Assembly (NCBI GenBank): GCA_963706955.1
Contig: CAVPOC010000008.1
Span: forward strand, 544,001 to 608,000
DNA: 64,000 bases
Direction of reading: 5' to 3'
DNA from: an uncultured Verrucomicrobiae bacterium
Lineage (GTDB): Bacteria; Verrucomicrobiota; Verrucomicrobiia; Chthoniobacterales; Terrimicrobiaceae
Shown here piece by piece: positions 10,310 to 24,597 of the stretch; position 1 is the stretch's first letter; every line of letters starts with the position of its first letter. Below the pieces are notes generated by a model, which saw only the letters and a program-made list of their open reading frames with translations, was not told the DNA's origin and did no database searches. A program made the position numbers and the translations under genes.

Positions 10310-10343
10310 ATGCCCAGCCCCATCTTTCGATAAGGCTGGGCAT
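10310..10343 (-). terminator. rRNA operon intrinsic terminator
   Basis: ATGCCCAGCC...GGCTGGGCAT hairpin followed by CTTTGTTT on the minus strand just after 5S. Confidence 0.8.
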
Positions 10344-10347
10344 TAAT

Positions 10348-10462
10348 TCTGGCAATGACCTACTCTCGCGCAAGCTAGACAAGCACTACCATCGGCGCTG
10401 TGGCGTTTCACTTCCGTGTTCGGGATGGGAACGGGTGGGACCACCACGCAAGAATCACCAGA
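10348..10462 (-). rRNA. rrf: 5S rRNA
   Basis: Conserved CCCATCCCGAACACGGAAGTGAA and GAGAGTAGGTC motifs. Confidence 0.95.
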
Positions 10463-10599
10463 CGATAGGAATCGTCATTCGACTCCTAGATGTCTGGCAT
10501 CTTACCTTCCTGCCAAAACTTGAAAGAACCTCTTGGTTCTCTGACAACCGCATACTAGGGCAAACCCGCAACGCCAACGATCTGAATCTGCATGAAGCT

Positions 10600-13590
<2,991 letters not shown>

Positions 13591-13810
13591 TATTTTGAAA
13601 TCTCTTATTTTTGTGCAATCACCGTGTCCGCCGATGGCGGAGCAATGATTGCGCAGACTCAGCAAATTGTTGAAGTTGCATTCTAAATTTGCCCTGTATG
13701 CGGATGTCAAAGAACTTGCCGCGGGACGAACCCGCAGCGGCTTGACGCCTGTCCGGTTCTCGAACCGGCGACAAAATTCAAAACGTTTTTCAAAGAAGTT
13801 TTCAGCACTG

Positions 13811-13884
13811 TGGGCCTGATAGGACTCGAACCTATGACCCTGCGCTTATCAAGCGCATGCTCTAACCAACTGAGCTACAGGCCC
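13811..13884 (-). tRNA. tRNA-Ile(GAT)
   Basis: Cloverleaf with anticodon loop TT-GAT-AA. Confidence 0.97.
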
Positions 13885-14001
13885 ATGGGGAAGTTGGTTG
13901 AGAGTTTCAAGTTTGATAGTTCGTTGAGAAGGAATTCTCTCCAAGCTCTCAAGCTTAGGAAACCTCTCAACTCGTTCGCCCTGTAAAACGGCGATTACGA
14001 T

Positions 14002-14074
14002 TGGAGGCAAGGGGACTCGAACCCCTGACATCCAGCTTGCAAAGCTGGCGCTCTACCAACTGAGCTATGCCCCC
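14002..14074 (-). tRNA. tRNA-Ala(TGC)
   Basis: Cloverleaf with anticodon TGC and G3.U70. Confidence 0.97.
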
Positions 14075-14302
14075 TCTAAAGTTGATGGTTGAGGGTTGAT
14101 GGTTGAGAGACTTTCACTCAACGCTCAACTTTCGACTCTCAACTCGAAGAGCAGTTGCCAGCAGGTTGTGTGATTCAGGCAAACACTGGATAGTGCGTTC
14201 TTTCTTGATCTCGACCTCTGGAGCTTTCGGTCCAGAGAATTTGTTTCCGCCGAGGCGGAATCAGACTTGCCGTACCGCGAGAGTCTCGCGGGTTAGGCAT
14301 TA

Positions 14303-15836
<1,534 letters not shown>

Positions 15837-16190
15837 AAAGTTTCTCCCCGCCTGCTATCGGCGGGAAAGTTCCGGCATTCATCTTTACTGATCCGCCGTG
15901 ATTGTGAGAAAACCGCGGATCAGGAATAGCCGTCAAATTTCGTTTCGAAATCGACGAAAGAACGCACTATCCAGCATTTGCTGAATGTGTTTGTGCTAAA
16001 AAACGTTCTGAATTTTGCCTTGCCGGCAAAACCAGAGTCAGGCTGTCAAAAAACGACGCTCAGCGAGCTACTCGCCGTGATCCGGCGACGACAATGCCGA
16101 TTTGGATCGGTAAGTCATCAACGCGAACCAGCGAGGTCAGCGCCCGCGAGAACTTTTGCCCACTCGACTTTTACATCGACTGGGATTGTC

Positions 16191-16218
16191 AGCATACCCC
16201 ATCAACGAACCTCGTCAA
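16191..16218 (-). promoter_or_regulatory. Probable sigma70 rRNA promoter
   Basis: TTGACG-N16-TATGCT with A/T-tract UP-like sequence upstream. Confidence 0.65.
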
Positions 16219-16329
16219 CGGAGTTTTTGGAAATTTTCCGTGAAAATTTTCGCCCCTTTTCCGGTAGGCTAGACCATATCGTCCGGAGGCGAGATTCTGC
16301 AAAGTCGTTGTCGCCTGGCGACTACATTT

Positions 16330-17759
16330 TCACTTCTCTTCGGCGAGCCATTCGGTGTGAAAGAACTGTCCGGCTGGCTTGTCGACGCGTTCGTAGGTAT
16401 GAGCGCCGAAGTAATCGCGTTGCGCCTGCAGGAGGTTGGCCGGCAGCCGTTCGGCGCGGTAACTATCGTAGTAACTGAGGGCGGCACTAAACGCCGGCAC
16501 GGCAACGCCAAATTCGACGGCAGTCTGGATGGCGTAACGCCAGTTCGCTTGGGATTTGCCGATGATTTCACAGAAGTAGGGGTCGAGAATAAGGTTCTTC
16601 AGGTCTGGGTTTCGGCGGTAGGCGGAGGTGATATGATTAAGGAAGTGGGCGCGGATAATGCAGCCACCCCGCCAAATGGCAGCGATGTCTCCAAAATTCA
16701 GATCCCAGTTATAGATCTTGCTCGCCGCGCCCAATTGGACAAAGCCCTGCGCGTAGCTGATGATCTTGCTGGCGTAGAGGGCGTCGCGAACCGCCTCGAT
16801 CAGTTTGGCACGATCGCCGGAGAAGGGCTTGGGCGACGGTCCTGGCAGCACTTTGCTTGCTTGAACGCGTTCCTCCTTGAGCGAGCTCAAGATCCTCGCC
16901 TCGACCGCGCTACCGATCACCGATAAGGGCACCGCCATTTCCACCGCATGGCCGACCGTCCATTTTCCGGTGCCTTTTTGCCCGGCCTTATCGAGGATGA
17001 CGTCCACGAGGGGATTTCCGGTTTCCGGGTCCTTCCTCTTGAAAATCTTCTCGGTAATCTCAATCAGGAAGGAGTTCAGCTGGCCCTTGTTCCAGTCGCC
17101 AAAGATCTGAGCAAACTCGTCCGAGCTCGGATTAATCGGCCGCCTTGAGAATGGCATAGGCCTCGCAGATCAGTTGCATATCACCGTACTCGATGCCGTT
17201 GTGGACCATTTTCACATAGTGACCGGCCCCGTCTGGTCCCATGTGTCGGCAGCATGGCTCTCCCTCCGCGATAGCGGCAATTTTCGTGTATATCGGAGCG
17301 ATCGCCTGCCAGCCTTCCTTGGAGCCCCCCGGCATGATGGAAGGACCCTTCAGAGCGCCCTCCTCGCCACCGCTTACCCCGACTCCGAAGAAGTGAATTT
17401 CTTTCTCTTTGAGCGTCTTTCTCACGCCTTTGCGTGTCGGTCCAAAGCGAATTGCCACCGTCGATAATGATGTCTCCGGGTTCCATCAGGGGCACCAATT
17501 GGTCAATGACAGCGTCAACAGGCGCACCAGCCTTCACCATGATTTGCGCCTTGCGCGGGCGGCCGAGGGATTGCACGAATTCCTCGAGCGTTTTCGTCGG
17601 AGCGATATTCTTCCCGCGGGCGCGCCCCGAAGCGAATTTTTCGGTCACCGCAGTTGTTCGGTTGAAAACGCTGACTCGAAACCCTCGACTTTCCATGTTG
17701 AGAACGAGGTTCTCGCCCATGACGGCGAGGCCGATTAATCCGATATCGCTTTGCTTCAT
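16330..17759 (-). CDS. gnd: 6-phosphogluconate dehydrogenase, decarboxylating (two frameshifts near 17420 and 17140, likely sequence errors)
   Basis: [51 protein letters not shown] across three ORFs. Confidence 0.93.
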
Positions 17760-17828
17760 GTATTGTGCAGGAATGTGGGCGATAAGAGTAGTCGTTCGAA
17801 CCGAGGCAACGCAATCGACAACTTGCAC

Positions 17829-18401
17829 ATGAATCTGCCGAATATCCTTACGTTGCTCCGGCTCGGCTTGACAGTGCTTCTGGTTGCCAGCCTTTCCGTC
17901 GAGTATCCGTGGCGTTTCGCAATTGCGCTCGTCCTCTTTTTGCTCGCTTCCCTGACGGACTATTTGGACGGGGTCCTCGCCCGCAAATGGAACTTGATTA
18001 CCGATTTTGGCAAGCTGATGGATCCGCTTGCAGACAAGATCCTGACTGCCTCCGCTTTCATCTGCCTGATTCCGTTTGGGGCTCTGCCCGCGTGGGCCGT
18101 CATCATTATCATCAGTCGCGAATTCCTGATCACCGGACTACGGCTCCTTGCCAGTTCAAAGGGCGTGATTCTTCCGGCGGAGAAGCTGGGCAAACACAAG
18201 ACGGCTTGGCAGATGATCACGATTGTCTTCTTTCTTGCCCTCCTCGCCGCGGACGATTTTGCTCCGGAGGGTTCTGATGTCGTTGATCTGCTCTGGGGTT
18301 ATGGGGGAGCCGCGCTGGTGACTATCACGGTCGTGCTGACTGTCTTCTCCGGCTCCGCCTATCTTTGGAAGAACCGCATGCTCCTTGCGCCCGACACATA
18401 G
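17829..18401 (+). CDS. pgsA: CDP-diacylglycerol--glycerol-3-phosphate 3-phosphatidyltransferase
   Basis: NLPNILT, TDYLDGVLAR, FGKLMDPLADK, GKHKT. Confidence 0.93.
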   Translation: MNLPNILTLLRLGLTVLLVASLSVEYPWRFAIALVLFLLASLTDYLDGVLARKWNLITDFGKLMDPLADKILTASAFICLIPFGALPAWAVIIIISREFLITGLRLLASSKGVILPAEKLGKHKTAWQMITIVFFLALLAADDFAPEGSDVVDLLWGYGGAALVTITVVLTVFSGSAYLWKNRMLLAPDT

Positions 18402-18944
18402 TTAAGCTCAGCGGCCGGCGACACGCTCCCGTTGAATCTAAATGAACTCAAAGCTGGCTTGAACTTGAGCAGCAAAGAATTCATCGTCGCCGAGATCATC
18501 ACGCGGTTGAAAATCAGCAAGGAAGTTGCCAAGCAAGGGCTATGTCAACTCGAAGAGCTCGGCTTTATCTTGCGGAGCCTCGCGAATGAAAGTGTAGCCA
18601 GACGGACATCCTCAGAATCGACTTCAGGTCCCTGATCGCCGGTTTCCTGCGGAAGCACCCCACCCCACGCCTTGCAACCGGCGCCGCGCATTTGAAGCAG
18701 CTGGAGAGAGTGCTTTCCAAGCCTGGACCGCGCTGCCCAAGCTGCACCTGAAGAAAGTTGCCGATTGGCATAAGCGTGATCGCGCCTTGCTCTCGCTGGG
18801 CTAAAACGGTTGCAAGCCGACCGATCCCCTCCGCTGCCTGCGGCTCGAATACCCTTGAAATTTGAAATGGTTTCCGCAAGCGGTGACCACCGGCGGCAGC
18901 TTGACTTTACTTCTACCCGCCTCCTTCCCCACACTTCGCTCGCT

Positions 18945-19778
18945 TTGACCGCTGAATACACGACACCTTGTCTGTCCGTTGTTATGCCCGTTTACAACGA
19001 GGAGGCGACGCTGGGCGCGATCGTGGAAGCGGTGCTCAAGCAACCGCTCGTGGCCGAGTTGATCTGCGTTGACGACTGCTCGGTTGATGGTGCGGTCGCC
19101 GTTCTTGAGCAGTATGCCGCTCTTGATGAACGCCTTCGCATTCTTCGCCATGCTGTCAATCGCGGAAAGGGGGCCGCCTTGCGCTCGGGCTTCGCCAAAG
19201 CCAACTCGCCTATAGTGATCGTGCAGGATGCAGATCTGGAGTATGATCCCGACGAATATCCGCGGCTGATTGCCCCGATTATGGAAGGCCGGGCCGACGT
19301 GGTCTTCGGGTCAAGATTTGTCGGCTCGGAGGAACATCGCGTGCTCTACTTCTGGCACTCGATCGGCAATAAACTACTGACCCTTGCCTCGAACATGTTC
19401 ACCAACCTCAATCTCACGGACATGGAAACGTGCTACAAGGTCTTTCGGCGCGAGATCCTTCAGGCGATCACCATTGAGGAAGATCGATTTGGCTTTGAGC
19501 CGGAAATCACGGCCAAAGTCGCACGCATGAATGCGCGCATCTACGAGGTCGCGATTTCTTATCACGGCCGAACCTATGCGGAAGGAAAGAAGATTCGATC
19601 GTGGGATGGATTCAGGGCGATGTGGTGTATCATCAAATACAACCTTTTCGACGTTCAAGGAGGTGACGCAGCGAAGACGCTCGCGTCCGTGCTTCGAGCT
19701 TTCATCGCTAGCCGTAAAGATAATCGAGGGGTTCGCGGAAGACGCGATGCTCGAGTTTTAGCAGACTGCTCCGGATAA
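18945..19778 (+). CDS. Glycosyltransferase family 2 (DPM1-like)
   Basis: VVMPVYNE, VDDCSVD, NRGKGAA, QDADLEYDP, DMETCYK; start uncertain. Confidence 0.9.
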   Translation: MTAEYTTPCLSVVMPVYNEEATLGAIVEAVLKQPLVAELICVDDCSVDGAVAVLEQYAALDERLRILRHAVNRGKGAALRSGFAKANSPIVIVQDADLEYDPDEYPRLIAPIMEGRADVVFGSRFVGSEEHRVLYFWHSIGNKLLTLASNMFTNLNLTDMETCYKVFRREILQAITIEEDRFGFEPEITAKVARMNARIYEVAISYHGRTYAEGKKIRSWDGFRAMWCIIKYNLFDVQGGDAAKTLASVLRAFIASRKDNRGVRGRRDARVLADCSG

Positions 19779-19788
19779 TCGCACCTTC

Positions 19789-20774
19789 ATGATTGCGCTA
19801 ATCACCGGGATCACCGGACAGGATGGTTCCTACCTGACGGAAGCACTGCTGGAGAGGGGCGATGTCGTCCATGGAACGGTCCGTCGAACCAGCACGCTCG
19901 AACGATCACGGTTGGCGCATCTCCACGCGGACCCCGCCATCTACAACAAGCAGTTATTTCTCCACTACGCGGAGTTGGAAGACATAACTACTCTCCGGCG
20001 GATCATTGACCGCGTAAAGCCGCAGCAATTCTACCATTTGGCGGGCCAAAGCCACGTGGGGCTGAGCTTCGAAATGCCCGAGACGACCTGCGAACTCACG
20101 GCGATCGGGACGCTTAAAGATACTGGAAGTTCTCCGAGACACCGCGTCCCCGCCAAAGTTTCTCCACGCCGGCTCAAGTGAAATTTTCGGCTCTCCGGAT
20201 GTATCTCCTCAAACCGAGAACACTCCGATGCGCCCGATAACCCCCTATGGATGCGCTAAGGCGTTTGCCATCGCAGATGGTCCGAATTTACCGCGACCAC
20301 CATGGGCTCTTCGCTTGCAATGCCATTTCGTATAATCACGAATCTCCTCGGCGAGGGGAGAACTTTGTCACGCGAAAGATCTGTCGCGTCGCCGCCGAGA
20401 TTAAGCTGCGCAAGCGAAACCATCTAAGTCTAGGGAATCTCGATGCGCGGCGAGACTGGAGCGATGCGCGCGACATCGTGAGAGGTTTCTTGATGATTCT
20501 CGATCACTCGACTGCAGATGATTTCATCCTTGCCAGCGGGATCACGCATTCGGTGCGAGAAATTGCGCAGACAGCCTTTGCGAGTCTCGGACTTGATTGG
20601 AAGCAATACGTGCGCTCCGAAGAGCACCTCTTGCGCCCAGCCGATCCGGTACACCTGTGTGGCGACGCCACCAAGGCTCGGACCGTTCTCGGGTGGCAGC
20701 CGCAATCGTCCGTGCACGAGTTGATCGCCGAGATGGCACATGCCGAGCTGGCCAGGCTCTCCTCGATGCCTTGA
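19789..20774 (+). CDS. gmd: GDP-mannose 4,6-dehydratase (frameshifts near 20117 and 20270)
   Basis: ALITGITGQDGSYL, QSHVGLSF, NHESPRRGENFVTRKI, LGNLDARRDW. Confidence 0.9.
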
Positions 20775-21093
20775 GGCTTATACCCGCGCGTTGCGAAGGC
20801 TTTGGCCGCCGTGGCACTTTTGCCTGTGCATCGACTTGAAGCGCCCTGGCTCTCCGCAATGCTTTTCTCACCGTGTTTGAGTGTTTCCTGGACCCTGCAA
20901 GGGCTGGTAGGATCTCGCCTGCCGGGCGTTTCTGCACAAGCGCCTTGCCCTTTTCCAACTGTTGCTACTCCCTTCCTGTTGAACTTGACGCACACTACTC
21001 CTAGCCAGGAAACTACGTGACCATCGCCCGCGACTCGGCATTGCGCCGGGCGGCGCTGAGTGTGGCGTTTAAGCCAATGCCAGTCCATGAGCC

Positions 21094-21777
21094 ATGAAAG
21101 CTCTCTTGAAATCATTTGTCTCGCGACTGCTCTCTCCCGGAGAACTTTCTGCTTTGCGCCATCTTCTCTCAGAATTTCGCATTTCACGCCACCATCGATG
21201 CGGTCTGCGTAAGATTAAACGCATGTCTTGGTCAGCCCCTGCCAGGCTGAACCTGGGATCTGGCGCACATTGCAAGGACGGATATTTGAATGTGGATGTC
21301 TTTCCGGGCGGTGATTTGACTCTCGATCTTCGCAGAAATCTTCCCTTCGAGTCGAACTGCTGTGAACAGATCTTCTCGGAGCATTGCATCGAGCACTTCG
21401 ACTACCCAGACGCCGTTTCTCACCTGCTTCAGGAATGCTTGCGTATTCTCAAGCCGAGTGGAGTTTTTCGTTTCAGCGTGCCTGATACAGAGTGGCCTCT
21501 GTTGAGCTATGCCGAGGGACCTGCCGCCGAATATTTTCAGGCGTGCAAAGTGAACCCGTCGTGGCATCCCAGCTACTGCGAGACTCGTCTTGAACACATC
21601 AATTATCACTTCCGTCAACGTGATGAACACCATTTCGCTTATGATGAGGAGACGGTAAGAAAACTTCTGGAAGGAGTCGGATTTCAAGACGTCAAACGTG
21701 TCTCGTTTGATCGGAGCATCGATTCGCAGCACCGGGAGATTGGAAGCCTTTTCATGTCCGCACGCAAACCCGCCTAA
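21094..21777 (+). CDS. Class I SAM-dependent methyltransferase
   Basis: LNLGSG, EHCIEH, ECLRILKPSG, SVPD. Confidence 0.85.
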   Translation: MKALLKSFVSRLLSPGELSALRHLLSEFRISRHHRCGLRKIKRMSWSAPARLNLGSGAHCKDGYLNVDVFPGGDLTLDLRRNLPFESNCCEQIFSEHCIEHFDYPDAVSHLLQECLRILKPSGVFRFSVPDTEWPLLSYAEGPAAEYFQACKVNPSWHPSYCETRLEHINYHFRQRDEHHFAYDEETVRKLLEGVGFQDVKRVSFDRSIDSQHREIGSLFMSARKPA

Positions 21778-21875
21778 GTGTATCTAGACCTGGTCGTCAC
21801 CCCTGCGGCAGTGACCCTGTTACCATGATTCCTCGGCGCTGGCTGGACCTATTTGAAAACCGTGTGACATAGATC

Positions 21876-22439
21876 ATGACACACGAGTTCTCTAAGGAAA
21901 GCATCGTTCCACTTTGTGTGGACCTTGATGGCACCTTGATCCACACCGATGTCCTCTGGGAAGGGATCAAGTTCCTCCTGAGGCGTAAGCCCCTTGCCCT
22001 GCTCTGGATGCTTCCTTCCTTGCGGGGCGGACGCGCTCCCTTCAAGAAGGCAGTTTCGGCCAAATCGACAGTGAGCGTCGATTCTCTTCCCTGGCGCGAA
22101 TCCCTGGTTAGCTGGCTGCGCAGTGAAGCGGCGAACGGTCGACCGATCTATTTGGTCACCGCAGCTGACTCCGCCTATGCGCAAGCTGTTTGCGAGCGCC
22201 TTGGATTTTTTGCCGGGGCGCTTTCGAGTGACGGCGCTCTCAACCTGAAGGCGAAGAAGAAAGCCCGCCGGTTGGTGGAAACATTCGGGCGAGCTGGTTT
22301 TGACTACATCGGCGATGCACGCGCAGATATTCCGGTGTGGCGCGCCGCCCGACGCGGAATCTGCGTAACGGCCAACGCGCGCTTTGTCCGCCGGGCCGGA
22401 CTTGCCGAAAAGGTTGAGGAGCAATTTACCGGAAAATAG
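21876..22439 (+). CDS. HAD-superfamily hydrolase (like the N-domain of HAD-UbiA fusions)
   Basis: VDLDGTL, LVTAA, NLK, YIGDARADIPVW. Confidence 0.8.
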   Translation: MTHEFSKESIVPLCVDLDGTLIHTDVLWEGIKFLLRRKPLALLWMLPSLRGGRAPFKKAVSAKSTVSVDSLPWRESLVSWLRSEAANGRPIYLVTAADSAYAQAVCERLGFFAGALSSDGALNLKAKKKARRLVETFGRAGFDYIGDARADIPVWRAARRGICVTANARFVRRAGLAEKVEEQFTGK

Positions 22440-22539
22440 CCGCGCTCGCTCTATCTCGTGGCCTAAGCATTAGCGCCTTGAATCTTCGAAATCTTGGCGA
22501 GGATTGACAGCGACTTCGGTGTCAGGTGACTTTGGCTCC

Positions 22540-23346
22540 ATGAGAACGGCGGCGATTTGGCTTCTGATGGTCGCCGGCACGTTGCTTGCGAGTGCGCAAG
22601 ATGAAGAATTCGGCGAGGCTGTAAAGCGAAGTCTCGACCGTTCGCGCATCCTTTACCCGGAATCAGCGCAACCCGACTCAGCACTTAGCAAAGCAATCCT
22701 CTCCCGCATCGAGTGGCTGCAACTTCACAATCGCGCCGCTTTCCTCGATTCAAACTGGCCGCTGCGAGTGACTGCGACAGAGGCCGCCGCTCTCGGGATC
22801 GCTCCGCAGAGGATTGGTTCTGCCCAGGCCCGAACAACACGAGGTCCTCGCTTTCTCGCGCTGGTGACGCGAAGCTTCAGCACCACCCAGGCATCCTTTC
22901 GGAAGGACCAGCAAATTCTCCTCGAGGCGATTCAGGATTACGGCAAGCGTGGGATCACGCTTGTCAACGGCGAGCCGGTCCTTCTTTGGCTTGATAACAT
23001 TAAAGTCCTCCGGGAATTAGCACCCGGCGAACTTGCCCCTGTTGTCGTCAAGGTGGAGTCCGCCCGCTACGGCATTCCTGGCGCGCAACTCTACAGCGTC
23101 ACCGGGATGGTTCAGTCGCTGATTGCCCCGGATCCAACGGGACGTTACGAAATCCTTGTTTCAGACGCATTACTCACGCCCGCGGCCGCCAAGAAGCTGA
23201 ACCGAAGCACCCAGGTGATGGCGGATCCCGTGACCGGACAAACCGCCGTGCACAAGCCGAATCGAGTCCTTACCGTAACTTACACGCTCAACGGGTTGAC
23301 CAAAACAAAACAGGCGATCGCCGGAGAACGCTTGGTCCTGGACTAA
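22540..23346 (+). CDS. Secreted hypothetical protein
   Basis: Long ORF with signal peptide; stop abuts the next ATG. Confidence 0.7.
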   Translation: MRTAAIWLLMVAGTLLASAQDEEFGEAVKRSLDRSRILYPESAQPDSALSKAILSRIEWLQLHNRAAFLDSNWPLRVTATEAAALGIAPQRIGSAQARTTRGPRFLALVTRSFSTTQASFRKDQQILLEAIQDYGKRGITLVNGEPVLLWLDNIKVLRELAPGELAPVVVKVESARYGIPGAQLYSVTGMVQSLIAPDPTGRYEILVSDALLTPAAAKKLNRSTQVMADPVTGQTAVHKPNRVLTVTYTLNGLTKTKQAIAGERLVLD

Positions 23347-23753
23347 GATGGACGAGGAGCTAGTTATAGAAGTTCATTAAAGTGCTCCGAGAATTAGTAC
23401 CGGGCGAACTTGCCCCTGTTGTTGTCAAGGTGGAGTCTGCCCGCTACGGCATTCCTGGCGCGCAACTCTACAGCGTCACCGGGATGGTTCAGTCGCTGAT
23501 TGCACCGGATCCAACGGGACGTTACGAAATCCTTGTTTCAGACGCATTACTCACGCCCGCGGCCGCCAAGAAGCTGAACCGAAGCACCCAGGTGATGGCG
23601 GATCCCGTGACCGGACAAACCGCCGTGCACAAGCCGAATCGAGTCCTTACCGTAACTTACACGCTCAACGGGTTGACCAAAACAAAACAGGCGATCGCCG
23701 GAGAACGCTTGGTCCTGGACTAAGATGGACGAGGATCCCGTCATCGAAGTTCA
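22998..23753 (+). repeat. 377-bp tandem duplication (3' part of the hypothetical gene plus start of the ABC ATPase)
   Basis: 22998-23374 repeated from 23375 with about 12 substitutions. Confidence 0.95.
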
Positions 23754-24537
23754 GGACCTGGTGCGCAAGTTTGGAAACCGGACCGTTCTCAACGGCGTTA
23801 GCTTTACGGTCAATAAAGGGGACACTTTGGTTATCATGGGAAGCTCCGGTTGCGGCAAGAGTACCGTGCTCCGCCATATCATTGGGGCTCTCAAGCCGAC
23901 CAGCGGCTCGATCAAAGTCTTCGGCAAGGAGATAACCAACATGTCAGACCGAGAATTCGACGAGCTCCGCCTGCGTTTCGGCATGAATTTTCAGTTTGGT
24001 GCATTGCTGCAATCGCTGACCGTGGGCGAAAACATATCGCTGCCGTTGATTGAAAATAGCCATGTCGATCCTGAGATCGTCGAACTGGTGGTCAAGATGA
24101 AGCTGGAATTGGTCGGACTTACCGGCTTCGAGAATCTCAAGCCAGCCGAGCTCAGCGGAGGGATGCGCAAGCGAGTAGGTCTGGCCCGCGCGGTCGCGCT
24201 CGATCCGGAGTTGCTTTTCAGTGACGAACCTACCTCGGGTCTCGATCCCATCATGACGGCGGTCATCGATCAACTCACGCTCGACCTCACCCGTAAGCTC
24301 GATATGACAGCTGTCGTCGTCACTCACGACATGACCAGCGCATTTCGCATCGGCACCAAGATGATCGTGTTGGGCGCTGGCAAGCGCATCGGAACCGTCA
24401 TCGCGAGCGGCACGCCCGACGAAATTTCAAAACATCCTGACCCGGAGGTTCAGCAGTTCATCAAAGGGGAAGCCGACGGTCCGGTGCCACTCAAACTCGC
24501 TCCTGAAGACTATATCGAACGGCTGCTCGGCCCGTAG
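23725..24537 (+). CDS. ABC transporter ATP-binding protein, MlaF/Mkl-like
   Basis: GSSGCGKS, LSGGMRKRVGLARA, DEPTSGLDP, VTHD, VQQFIKG. Confidence 0.9.
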   Translation: MDEDPVIEVQDLVRKFGNRTVLNGVSFTVNKGDTLVIMGSSGCGKSTVLRHIIGALKPTSGSIKVFGKEITNMSDREFDELRLRFGMNFQFGALLQSLTVGENISLPLIENSHVDPEIVELVVKMKLELVGLTGFENLKPAELSGGMRKRVGLARAVALDPELLFSDEPTSGLDPIMTAVIDQLTLDLTRKLDMTAVVVTHDMTSAFRIGTKMIVLGAGKRIGTVIASGTPDEISKHPDPEVQQFIKGEADGPVPLKLAPEDYIERLLGP

Positions 24538-24597
24538 GCGGCCACTTGGCCGGATCGACGCGCACCTGCCGAGCTTGTTGTCGGCCGACGATTGCGA

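Noticed and set aside
18432..18635. 67-aa ORF with a winged-helix-like pattern
   Set aside because: Too short and no recognisable family; possibly a remnant.
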